A program made the translations under genes and the position numbers. A stretch of DNA of 14,377 nt from a virus (taxonomy: Duplodnaviria > Heunggongvirae > Uroviricota > Caudoviricetes), in the IMG/VR virus record IMGVR_UViG_2675903352_000015, positions 1 through 14,377 of that record; one strand, given 5' to 3'. The stretch's first letter is position 1. The number at the start of each line of letters is the position of its first letter. Positions 1 through 7,561 of this stretch are shown one piece after another. Under the pieces are notes generated by a model. That model saw only the letters and a list, made by a program, of their open reading frames with translations, had not been told where the DNA came from and did not search any database.

Positions 1-750
1 AGCCGGTGACTCCGGATCAACGGCAATGCTGACCACCGTCTTTTCCTGTGGCGGGTTTTGCTGGTGGGCGTGAGGCAGCAGCGCAAGATTTTTTGTGCGC
101 TGCTTCAGTATGCTGGTGGCGGTCTGCTCTCCCGGTACGATGTCGCTTTCGCGGTACACCGAGCGGATTTTTTCCGCACGCAATCCCAGAGAACGACGTA
201 ATACTGCCTCCGGCAATACGTCCGCTACCTGATTGCAGACCGCCCACCAGGATAATTCAGCCAGCGATAACTCCCGCTCCTGTGTACCGTTTATTGCGTG
301 GCGGATGACGTCAATCATCCAGGATGTCAGGTTTTGTTGAGCAAGTTGCCCGAGTGATTCTGAAGTCTGGTCGCGTAACTGATTATCACAGTGCCAGCAC
401 AATACCATCGCGCCGGTACCGTAACGATGTATGACGGTTTCACTGTGGTGGTAGTCACCATGAGGCCACTGGCAGGATTTAACATGGCGTAACAGCCAGT
501 CAGACAATGCGCCAGCGCCGCCAGCAGCACGAATCACCCGCTCATCGCTGAAAAATGGCAGTAATGATTTATCTTCCGCGAGCGGCTGGCGCACGGCAGG
601 AACAGCTCCTGACGGCAGACCGCGCATGCTTTTCGGTTCCGGCTCCACCAGCACCCGGGGATTATGAAATACCTGCATGGATTCACGGCCCGGCTTAAGG
701 ACCACCAGCCCGAGTTCCGGTACCAGAACAGGTCGAAGTAATATCCGCAC
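1..750 (-). CDS. hypothetical protein, N-terminal part only (gene continues beyond the left edge)
   Basis: Minus-strand frame aligned to plus triplets 1,4,7... has no stop from position 825 down to position 1 (more than 270 codons). Candidate starts are GTG 750..748 (GGAGG 4 nt upstream, 1 nt after the stop of the upstream gene) or ATG 678..676. Translation contains a His/Cys-rich segment (CQWPHGDYHH...LCWHCD). Absent from the ORF track because it is edge-truncated. No family recognised. Confidence 0.4.
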   Translation of the reverse strand, partial: MRILLRPVLVPELGLVVLKPGRESMQVFHNPRVLVEPEPKSMRGLPSGAVPAVRQPLAEDKSLLPFFSDERVIRAAGGAGALSDWLLRHVKSCQWPHGDYHHSETVIHRYGTGAMVLCWHCDNQLRDQTSESLGQLAQQNLTSWMIDVIRHAINGTQERELSLAELSWWAVCNQVADVLPEAVLRRSLGLRAEKIRSVYRESDIVPGEQTATSILKQRTKNLALLPHAHQQNPPQEKTVVSIAVDPESPA

Positions 751-751
751 G

Positions 752-1030
752 TTACCTCCAGATACGTTGCTGGAATGTGCGGGAAGGACGCGGTGGGCGC
801 TCGGAGTAAGGGAGCCTTACAGAGATTATCCAGTGCAGGCGATCCAGACTGAGATCTTTCTGAACCTCATAGCCACGTCTGCGGTAGCTCTGAATTAGCC
901 ATTCAGCCTGTTCTTCTGTGCATGGAGGGTGCTGATACCAGCGAGTTTTAAATGCGTGCAAACGCCGCCCGTGCCTGCTGGCAAAGACGGCTGAATTATC
1001 AGAATTGTGTAACTTGGTATCGTGCGCCAT
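752..1030 (-). CDS. hypothetical small protein (92 aa from ATG 1030; ORF track extends it to a TTG at 1084)
   Basis: Open frame 752..1084 on minus strand; first ATG at 1030..1028; stop abuts the GGAGG/GTG start of the downstream edge gene, suggesting an operon. No family recognised. Confidence 0.35.
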   Translation of the reverse strand: MAHDTKLHNSDNSAVFASRHGRRLHAFKTRWYQHPPCTEEQAEWLIQSYRRRGYEVQKDLSLDRLHWIISVRLPYSERPPRPSRTFQQRIWR

Positions 1031-1098
1031 CGGTTGTCTCTGCTGGCGCAGCAGGTGCCAGTTGTTCAGGCTGGCGTGCGGCAATATTGTCTCTGATT

Positions 1099-1148
1099 TC
1101 TGTTGTCGTCAACAGACAGCGTGCTATCATCGAATAGTGTTCTATACT
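1099..1148 (+). promoter_or_regulatory. putative parDE promoter with palindromic operator
   Basis: Palindrome CTGTTG-tcgt-CAACAG at 1100..1115; candidate -10 hexamers TATCAT 1125..1130 and TATACT 1143..1148 upstream of the ParD start at 1166. ParD antitoxins typically autoregulate through such palindromes. Confidence 0.4.
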
Positions 1149-1165
1149 ACTCTGTGAGGTTTACC

Positions 1166-1423
1166 ATGCGTACAACCCAACAATTCAGCATTACATTAAC
1201 TAACGAGATGGCTGACATGGTGCGCGCCCGTGTGGCTTCCGGTGCCTATGCTTCAGAAAGTGAGGTCATTCGTGAAGGGCTTCGCGCACTGAATGAGCGC
1301 GATAAAGCAATCGAAGAGTGGTTAACGCATTCAGTCGCCCCCTCTCTTGATTCTATCCGCGAAAATCCAAGCAACGGACGCTCCATTTCACAGGTTCGCG
1401 CCGCGATTCGATCCGGAAAGTAA
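1166..1423 (+). CDS. parD: ParD-family antitoxin (ribbon-helix-helix)
   Basis: 85-aa product from ATG 1166 (GAGG 7 nt upstream); sequence ...MADMVRARVASGAYASESEVIREGLRALNERDKAIEEWL is typical of RHH ParD antitoxins; immediately followed by a ParE-like gene. The ORF-track start at 1103 is an unlikely N-terminal extension. Confidence 0.8.
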   Translation: MRTTQQFSITLTNEMADMVRARVASGAYASESEVIREGLRALNERDKAIEEWLTHSVAPSLDSIRENPSNGRSISQVRAAIRSGK

Positions 1424-1428
1424 TCTGC

Positions 1429-1740
1429 ATGACATATGAAGTCATCATTACTCCTGAGGCCGAACAACAAATAATCAACATGCACAGATATATAACTGAG
1501 AAAGCAGGGAACGTCATTGCTGACAATTATGCCAATGCACTTCTTGATTATCTTGATGGGTTTTCTACATTCCCGCATCGGGGCAATAAACGCGATGATA
1601 TTCGCCAGGGGATGCGGGTAACTCATTTCCGCCACAGAACGATTATTGCTTTTGCCGTTGATGACAATAAAGTTTTTATCGCAGGCGTATACCACGGTGG
1701 GCAAATCTATGAAACCGATTTTTTATCCAGTGCACCGTAA
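1429..1740 (+). CDS. parE: ParE/RelE-family toxin
   Basis: 103 aa; starts 5 nt after the parD stop; C-terminal part (THFRHRTIIAFAVDDNKVFIAGVYHGGQ) matches the ParE/RelE fold pattern; canonical antitoxin-then-toxin order. Confidence 0.8.
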   Translation: MTYEVIITPEAEQQIINMHRYITEKAGNVIADNYANALLDYLDGFSTFPHRGNKRDDIRQGMRVTHFRHRTIIAFAVDDNKVFIAGVYHGGQIYETDFLSSAP

Positions 1741-1780
1741 AACCCCCATCCTTCAGGGCGTGGCGGATATCAAACTTTGT

Positions 1781-2863
1781 TCATTTTCTCTGGCTGATCT
1801 TTACCGGATAACCATCCCGAAGATCAATTAAGTGCTCCGGTTCAGAAGCAAACCATGCATAAGATCCCCACGCCAATTCTGGTATTGCCTTTTTAAAAGG
1901 CAGAGCACTTCTGTCAATAAATGCCGTAAGGAATGCAAGATTTTTCTCGCTGAACCCAGCGTCAATAGCCAAATGAGTGAGAGTAACTTTTCGTTCCCTG
2001 TTTATAGGCCCATCTGTCGCAACTACCTCAGTGAAAACTACAAGCATATCCGAACCCGTTCGGTCCTCTCCCAAATCAATCAAAATAATATCTGGAAGTG
2101 CTTTTGAGGCATCAATATTCAGCCCCAATGCTTTTGCCAATACATCATCCTGAGCAACAACTTTATTCCCAGATTCAGACAACCAGAGCACAGTTGGATT
2201 CTTAAGAAAATTAGGAGCAAAAACTTCGATGACGGCCTTAGCTATTGTACTTGACGGGCCCGGAGCTAAAGTTCTCTTCTCTCCATTTGGGAAAGTGACG
2301 ACTACGGCATCAGCAGCAATCACTGCCCCTGATTTCAATAAACGCAATCTAGCAAGAGCGGCTTTGTTCAAATGATTTTCCTGCCAGGAACTTATTGCAC
2401 TCAGCAGCGAATCTCCTTCAAGCCCAGCATCAAAGAGTGCTGCAAAAGAGCGATTCAAACTGTAACGAGGATGAGAGGATGTGGTGGGTATACCTTTACG
2501 CTCAACAATTGCATTGCAAGGTATTAGGCCATTTTTTATAGTTTCATCACGTATTGGCTCACGCGTATTTTCCGCATACCATGCATCAGCAGGCCTTATC
2601 TTTTGTTTAGAGAAAGTCATCTTTACCCAACTTTCTCTGGACGCATCATCAGTAAGAGCAGCCTGTGAATCTCCCATACTTACAACCTGGCTGGGCCTTA
2701 TCCATCGCCCCAGCCCCTCAACCGCACCAGCATAAAACATGACAAAAATTGTTTTTGCAGCTATTTCCCGAATTAAATATCCACGATTCTCAGTCCCTTC
2801 AGGGAAAATTAATGGTAATCTTTCCCGGATAACATTCAATGGGGGAACAACAGGCAGATTCAT
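1781..2863 (-). CDS. putative type II restriction endonuclease (resembles BsuBI/PstI family, from memory)
   Basis: 360-aa ORF directly downstream of the methyltransferase on the same strand, with ATGA start/stop overlap at 2860..2863; AT-rich composition; size and context match REases paired with Eco57I/PstI-type methyltransferases. Family assignment is from recollection only. Confidence 0.6.
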   Translation of the reverse strand: MNLPVVPPLNVIRERLPLIFPEGTENRGYLIREIAAKTIFVMFYAGAVEGLGRWIRPSQVVSMGDSQAALTDDASRESWVKMTFSKQKIRPADAWYAENTREPIRDETIKNGLIPCNAIVERKGIPTTSSHPRYSLNRSFAALFDAGLEGDSLLSAISSWQENHLNKAALARLRLLKSGAVIAADAVVVTFPNGEKRTLAPGPSSTIAKAVIEVFAPNFLKNPTVLWLSESGNKVVAQDDVLAKALGLNIDASKALPDIILIDLGEDRTGSDMLVVFTEVVATDGPINRERKVTLTHLAIDAGFSEKNLAFLTAFIDRSALPFKKAIPELAWGSYAWFASEPEHLIDLRDGYPVKISQRK

Positions 2864-4692
2864 GCAATCATCACTCCATAGAAACCAGCGATAGTTCTCT
2901 CAATAATCCGTCTGTGGACGCCGGCATCAATTAACGATTGAATCTCCATCACCTGCTCCAGAGAAGGCAACGGGATTGAATTCAATTCATAGGCCGAAAC
3001 AGCAACACTTCCGCTTATACACCTGAACGCCCGATCGACAACATGCGAATTAAGTAGCATATCAATAACATCAGGGCGAACCGCAGAGAACAATCCGTTT
3101 GAATACACAATATTAATATGGTTTTCAACTACTACGCCACCAGTTTCATCTATAAATCCCTGAGGTAAAATCGCAGCTAAAATCCTTCTGTCCTGCTCCT
3201 TCGATGTTGTCCGCTGAACAAGCACACATTCAGATTTTGTCACAAGGAAACCCTGTTGTGGGGTTATATCGATATAGGGAACATGATTTTTTCTGTCTGC
3301 GCTAAAACGGAAACCAGCTGAAGTTATTGATTCCGCCCAGACTAATGGATAGCTATTTTTTCCTTTCGTCGTACGCAACTGCGACTTAAATCGATTCCAG
3401 ACTAACTGACCTGTAGAGACTGAGTATCCCAGATCAGCTAAACGCGTAGACATCTGTTTTAATACATTAAGAAAACAAGCATCATCTTTAACTCGTGGCA
3501 AAAGCCACGTTGCTCCACCTTTTTCTATATCAACATTACCTATTTTCTCAATTTTTGCTTTGTTCAACCCCTTAGGGACAAGTGAGGATACCTGGGCCCG
3601 AACTTTATGTTCTCCCGCCTTGAATGCTGTCAACATTGTTTCCTGGAGAACATCGTCAAAGACCCCATCCCTGTCAGCGACGAAATCAAGGGCATACGGA
3701 GTAGTTTTTTCGGTCAAAAGGGTTCGCAGCGCGGTGAAATACTGCCCACCAAGAAAAGAAGTTGGCGTAAGAAATGCAATAACTCCTGTTTTCTCTTTAA
3801 CCATGCGAACAGCTAAGTCGGTGAACAATCCATATAGATTTGCATGACCAAATAACGAACGAGAATATTTTTCTCTCGTTTTAATATCGAGAGTGACACG
3901 TCCGTAAGGCGGATTCCCTACCACAAGATCATAACCAGAAATTTTATCTTGCTGAAGCGCATCAGCAACAATAATTGTATCTTCAGGCAATCTACGTTTT
4001 ACCTTTACACATAGTGGCATTAGTACAGATTCGAGCAATACCAAACTCATCCAAGCCGCAAATGGATCGATTTCTATCCCCTTTAAACGACGACTGATTC
4101 TCCTCAACATCCATTCAGGGGAAGACCCCTTGTCTTTTTTTAACATTCGAATGGCTACTGGTGCCAAAAATGCACCGCCACCACACGCAGGATCAATAAC
4201 CGATGCATGAGAAAAATCAACACCAGACTTTTCAGCCAGGTCCAAGAGACGCGCTACCAAAGGTGGGGGGGTATAGTAAGCCCCCAATTCCGAACGGTAA
4301 GCGGATGGCAGCATTACCGTATAAATTGACCCAATCAGATATCCAGCGTCCTCCGCCGGAAATTGAGCAATAAGCTCACCTGTTCGTTCAGCGAGCTCGC
4401 GTGCATCACATGGAATGTCTTCTATGTAAACAGTGTGCGGTACTGCCCTCATTTTAATGCTGCTTTTTTGCTTTTTTGCAAGGGTATCCCAATATGCAGC
4501 TACGATGCTGAAGCAGTATGAGCGGGCATGCATCAACCTTGACTGCCCGGTTTTGTAATTGCCCGCATAACCTTTGGCCATGGCTTTACAAGTTTGATAT
4601 CTTTCCAGATTAGAAAACTCATTATCTGTAAAAAAATCAAAATGTTGCACATTCATAATGTAAAATCCTAATGTATCAAACATGCGGGCCAT
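2860..4692 (-). CDS. gamma-class N6-adenine DNA methyltransferase (Eco57I/PstI-like modification subunit)
   Basis: 610 aa; motif X GAYYTPP, motif I DPACGGGAFL (SAM binding), motif IV NPPYGRV in gamma-class order. Start choice is uncertain (ATG 4692 with weak SD; internal ATG at MNVQHF has an AGGA upstream). Confidence 0.85.
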   Translation of the reverse strand: MARMFDTLGFYIMNVQHFDFFTDNEFSNLERYQTCKAMAKGYAGNYKTGQSRLMHARSYCFSIVAAYWDTLAKKQKSSIKMRAVPHTVYIEDIPCDARELAERTGELIAQFPAEDAGYLIGSIYTVMLPSAYRSELGAYYTPPPLVARLLDLAEKSGVDFSHASVIDPACGGGAFLAPVAIRMLKKDKGSSPEWMLRRISRRLKGIEIDPFAAWMSLVLLESVLMPLCVKVKRRLPEDTIIVADALQQDKISGYDLVVGNPPYGRVTLDIKTREKYSRSLFGHANLYGLFTDLAVRMVKEKTGVIAFLTPTSFLGGQYFTALRTLLTEKTTPYALDFVADRDGVFDDVLQETMLTAFKAGEHKVRAQVSSLVPKGLNKAKIEKIGNVDIEKGGATWLLPRVKDDACFLNVLKQMSTRLADLGYSVSTGQLVWNRFKSQLRTTKGKNSYPLVWAESITSAGFRFSADRKNHVPYIDITPQQGFLVTKSECVLVQRTTSKEQDRRILAAILPQGFIDETGGVVVENHINIVYSNGLFSAVRPDVIDMLLNSHVVDRAFRCISGSVAVSAYELNSIPLPSLEQVMEIQSLIDAGVHRRIIERTIAGFYGVMIA

Positions 4693-4751
4693 AACATCTC
4701 ATGGTGGCGCATAGCAAACTGGCCCGAAGAATATCACGCACCAAGTCGATC

Positions 4752-4767
4752 TCATAACCCGTTATGA
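4752..4767. promoter_or_regulatory. 16-bp palindrome TCATAACCCGTTATGA upstream of the restriction-modification operon
   Basis: Perfect inverted repeat CATAAC-cc-GTTATG (4753..4766, extendable by one base each side), about 60-75 bp upstream of the methyltransferase start in a 214-bp AT-rich intergenic region; position fits an operator. Confidence 0.3.
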
Positions 4768-4906
4768 CAATAAATCTTTGTAGCTGAACTCACTTGGTGA
4801 TTTGTCAATCATTCCTGGCCTCCAGTTCGTCCTGAATCTCTTTATCGAGTTCACCGTATTTGTTAGTCCTCATCACTCACGACTTGACTTCCAGAAATAA
4901 CCTTGA

Positions 4907-5263
4907 TTATTCGGGGCTATATTTTGTCACCCTGCGTATCCGCGCTTTCGCATTACGCTCAATCTGGATTAGCTTTTCTATATTTTTTCGCCTTTCCCGC
5001 TCCTCCTGGCGCAAGAGCCTTACATCATCTGCCAGTCTGGTTTCTCTTTTCGCCACAGAGAGCATCCAGTCAAATGGCTCCACAACTGCACCGCAGATTT
5101 TACAGCGGACCTGACGCTCTTTTTCGTCAACCCGGACAGAAGCGTGATGGCAATATGGTCTTTCCGATGGCTCATAAAGAAAATTAACCTGATTACGAGG
5201 GTTATCCTCTTTTACCGGAAATAAAACAATATTGCTTAACTCATCTTCTGGTTTTATTTCCAT
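4907..5263 (-). CDS. hypothetical protein with putative zinc ribbon (C-H-H ... C-x2-C) and basic C-terminus
   Basis: 118 aa from ATG 5263..5261, preceded by AAGGAGAGGAGC on the minus strand. The ORF-track start (GTG 5320) directly abuts the upstream stop and lacks an SD. Motif YCHHASVRVDEKERQVRCKICG. No family recognised. Confidence 0.5.
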   Translation of the reverse strand: MEIKPEDELSNIVLFPVKEDNPRNQVNFLYEPSERPYCHHASVRVDEKERQVRCKICGAVVEPFDWMLSVAKRETRLADDVRLLRQEERERRKNIEKLIQIERNAKARIRRVTKYSPE

Positions 5264-5320
5264 GCTCCTCTCCTTTGATGCGAATGCCAGCGGTAATTGA
5301 AGCCTGATAGCTAATTTCAC

Positions 5321-5743
5321 TCACAGTACCGCCTCCTGAAAATCACCCTGATAGAAAGCCAGTACACGCTGCATAACTTCACTCTTCCGGCACTCGCGAC
5401 AGATTATGTTCTGATGTCTGTCGTAGCGGCGTATTTCTCCGTCTGGTAATGACCAGATAAGGTCCGGATCAACCGCAGATGGTTTCTTCAGCTTTGCCCT
5501 TGAGAGCTTTTTACGGGCATTTTGCCAGTCCTTACGCGCCTGTTCAGACGGGAATAACCCGTAACCAGAGTTGCATACATCGCCACTGGCAACCAGCTCT
5601 CTGGCCAGAACGCTCATCAGATATCTTGTTGCCCCAGTTTTAGCTTCCAGTTGTCGTAACGTCTCGCGCCCACTCTGGCGTACGAGTTCAACAACCTGCC
5701 CTTTAATTTTTTCCCGCTCTTCTTGTGTAAAAACTTTTGCCAC
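5321..5743 (-). CDS. hypothetical protein (possible winged-helix/HTH) in the position where a helicase loader would be expected
   Basis: 140 aa; GTG start 5743..5741 with AGGAGGG upstream; lies 40 bp downstream of the O-like gene; no Walker A motif, so not DnaC-like. Confidence 0.5.
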   Translation of the reverse strand: MAKVFTQEEREKIKGQVVELVRQSGRETLRQLEAKTGATRYLMSVLARELVASGDVCNSGYGLFPSEQARKDWQNARKKLSRAKLKKPSAVDPDLIWSLPDGEIRRYDRHQNIICRECRKSEVMQRVLAFYQGDFQEAVL

Positions 5744-5783
5744 AAGCCCTCCTGAAAATTACCTCATGACCAGAAATTAACAC

Positions 5784-6749
5784 TTACCCCCTGAAGCCCG
5801 GCGGAATTTCGTTATCCGGTTCAGAAATGTGATTCACGCAACGCTGTACAGGCGAACGCCCCAGACGAATAACCAGCTCATCCCATTTTTCGCGAAGCTT
5901 TGACGGGCTCATGACGTTTTTTACCCAGAATGGATCCCGCTGTACCCGACCAAACATTTCGCAAATTTGTCTGTGAGTTCTGCCATCCAGCATCCGCATT
6001 GTGCGCACATCATTGGCCCATGCAGTCCAGTTTGGTTCTTTCGGTCGCATGATTTCGCCATCATCGCTGGCAGCCTGCTCGTAAAGACTCACGATTCGCC
6101 CCCAGATCCACTGCGCACACGCCAAATCTTCCTGGCTGCCCCACTGGCGTTTTTTCGCACTGAACACAACAGCGTCAGGGTGTCGGGTTAAAAAATCCTG
6201 TTCAGCCGTCTGCCTGTCCGGTTGCGAAGATTCCGGACGAGAAGTGTTTTTATTCTCTGTAGTAATCTCTGTTGTATTCTCTGTAAGATCATCGGGCCAT
6301 TTTGACCCGATGACATTGGGTCGTTTTGAACCAATGGAGCGTGTCATTTTGGCTCCTTCCATCGTGTCATTTTGACCTGATGGAGCGGCGCATTTTGACA
6401 TGATGGATTCGCTCACTTTGCCACCATCTAAAAGCTCGCTCTCGTAATTAATCGTGTAAAAATTAGTCATATCACGCTTTGATTTGTTGAGCTTTTCACA
6501 ACGCAAAAGCCCCAGCGTTTTCAGACTTGCAAATGCGCGTTTTAACGTTGACTCTGACCAGAAAGGGAACTGTTCCAGCCATTGTTCTGTTGTGTTATAA
6601 ATCCAGCGAACACCATCACATTCCATGCCGGAACCGGTATCTCTCAACCAGTAATGCAGCTGCTGCAACACGATGGCTTCGTTCAGACCAATTTTCATCG
6701 CCAGCTGCGTGTTTATAACCAGCGGGCGTTCAGCAAAAAGGAGCTTCAT
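5784..6749 (-). CDS. phage replication initiation protein (lambda O / Rac YdaU-like replisome organiser)
   Basis: 321 aa; strong SD (GGGGGAGGGG) before ATG 6749; follows the Cro-like and YdaT-like genes in the rightward-operon position; an iteron array and AT-rich repeats lie inside the central linker of the gene, as in lambda O/ori. Confidence 0.65.
   Translation of the reverse strand: MKLLFAERPLVINTQLAMKIGLNEAIVLQQLHYWLRDTGSGMECDGVRWIYNTTEQWLEQFPFWSESTLKRAFASLKTLGLLRCEKLNKSKRDMTNFYTINYESELLDGGKVSESIMSKCAAPSGQNDTMEGAKMTRSIGSKRPNVIGSKWPDDLTENTTEITTENKNTSRPESSQPDRQTAEQDFLTRHPDAVVFSAKKRQWGSQEDLACAQWIWGRIVSLYEQAASDDGEIMRPKEPNWTAWANDVRTMRMLDGRTHRQICEMFGRVQRDPFWVKNVMSPSKLREKWDELVIRLGRSPVQRCVNHISEPDNEIPPGFRG
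6250..6430. repeat. putative replication origin: six 23-bp-spaced iterons plus three tandem 12-bp AT-rich repeats
   Basis: TTTTG cores at 6300, 6324, 6347, 6370, 6393 and (CTTTG) 6416, unit consensus about GTCATTTTGACCnGATGGAG; adjacent TATTCTCTGTAG-like 12-mers with TCTCTGT at 6254, 6266, 6278. Confidence 0.6.
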
Positions 6750-6770
6750 CCCCTCCCCCAGAACACGTTA

Positions 6771-7196
6771 TCAATGCGCCACCACGGCATTTCCCGCCGG
6801 ACCACCACGATTCATCTGATTGAAACCAGCAATTACCACCGCGACAAGTTCATCAGCGTCTCTCACCAGTCGTTCATGCGTATCCACCAGTTCCCGAAAA
6901 TAATCGGAACTGTGGCTGCGCATCCAGGCCACCAGCGGAGGTGGCATTGCCTTTTCGATCGCTGGTAACAAAGCCTGAATTTTTTTAACCGCATCAGGGG
7001 TGTCTTTCTCCACCCAGCGGAAAATTTTCTGAGTATTGCGAGCCAGGGCTTCCGGATGGCTGTCGTCATACAGTTCCGGGAATGTCATACCCAGCTCAAA
7101 ATAAGCCCGGGTTATTTCAGCTGCCGGAACTTTTTCACCGTCCGGACGCGCCCAGGCATTCATCGCCATGCGGATGTGTTCATGCTTGATTTTCAT
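6771..7196 (-). CDS. YdaT-like protein (Rac prophage family; role assignment from context)
   Basis: 141 aa; overlaps the end of the upstream Cro-like gene by 17 bp; SD GGGGA upstream; position and size match Rac ydaT. Confidence 0.5.
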   Translation of the reverse strand: MKIKHEHIRMAMNAWARPDGEKVPAAEITRAYFELGMTFPELYDDSHPEALARNTQKIFRWVEKDTPDAVKKIQALLPAIEKAMPPPLVAWMRSHSSDYFRELVDTHERLVRDADELVAVVIAGFNQMNRGGPAGNAVVAH

Positions 7197-7452
7197 GAAT
7201 CATCCCCGGTGTATTTGGTGTGTTAACTTTACATCCAACAGGTAAACCGTCGGTTGGGTTAGGATAAATATCAGGGCGAATTTCATGCGGGGTAACTTCC
7301 CACTTCATTAGCTGGCATAACGGAATTACCTGCTTTGGGGGAACACCAAAGCTAAACCATTGCCAAACAGTCTGTTGAGCAACTCCCATATAACGACCTA
7401 TTTCAGCTTGAGTGTGTTTCTGCCTAATTTTTTCGCGAGTGCTATCTAGCAT
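7180..7452 (-). CDS. Cro/YdaS-like HTH transcriptional regulator
   Basis: 90 aa; strong SD (GAGGAGGG) before ATG 7452; HTH segment TQAEIGRYMGVAQQTVWQW; divergent from the repressor gene across an operator-bearing intergenic region. Confidence 0.65.
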   Translation of the reverse strand: MLDSTREKIRQKHTQAEIGRYMGVAQQTVWQWFSFGVPPKQVIPLCQLMKWEVTPHEIRPDIYPNPTDGLPVGCKVNTPNTPGMIHENQA

Positions 7453-7481
7453 TTTGCCCTCCTCTAAAAAACTATAAGCAA

Positions 7482-7523
7482 ATCCTACAATAAAAAACTG
7501 TATGCGATCAACAGTTTTTTATT
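7482..7523 (-). promoter_or_regulatory. pR-like promoter with operator palindrome O1 (AAAAACTGT-N9-ACAGTTTTT)
   Basis: Perfect 13-bp inverted repeat AATAAAAAACTGT (7489..7501) / ACAGTTTTTTATT (7511..7523); on the minus strand TTGATC (-35, 7511..7506), 18-bp spacer, TAGGAT (-10, 7487..7482) upstream of the Cro-like gene. Confidence 0.5.
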
Positions 7524-7561
7524 GTGATGCTTTTAACAGTATTTGCCTGTAAAATTGGAAA

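Noticed and set aside
1031-1084. TTG-initiated N-terminal extension of the 110-aa ORF given in the ORF track
   Set aside because: The TTG start has no SD and the extension would run into the parD promoter region; the internal ATG at 1030 is more plausible, though neither is certain.
1246-1704. 152-aa minus-strand ORF antisense to parD/parE
   Set aside because: Overlaps two recognisable toxin-antitoxin genes on the opposite strand; no motif or RBS support.
1832-3847. Plus-strand ORFs inside the restriction-modification genes (1832-2107, 2481-2735, 3560-3847, 3607-3816)
   Set aside because: Antisense to well-supported methyltransferase and endonuclease coding sequences; no start context.
4265-4271. 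G7 (coding-strand C7) homopolymer inside the methyltransferase gene as a phase-variation switch
   Set aside because: The run encodes the conserved TPPP of motif X (GAYYTPPP), so it is explained by codon constraint; seven residues is short for efficient slippage in enterobacteria.
7489-7523. Operator palindromes as SOS (LexA) boxes
   Set aside because: They contain CTGT...ACAG, but the spacing is N9 rather than the canonical CTGT-N8-ACAG, and the flanks are A/T runs rather than the LexA consensus; more likely sites for the prophage repressor or Cro-like protein. Not fully excluded without a binding test.
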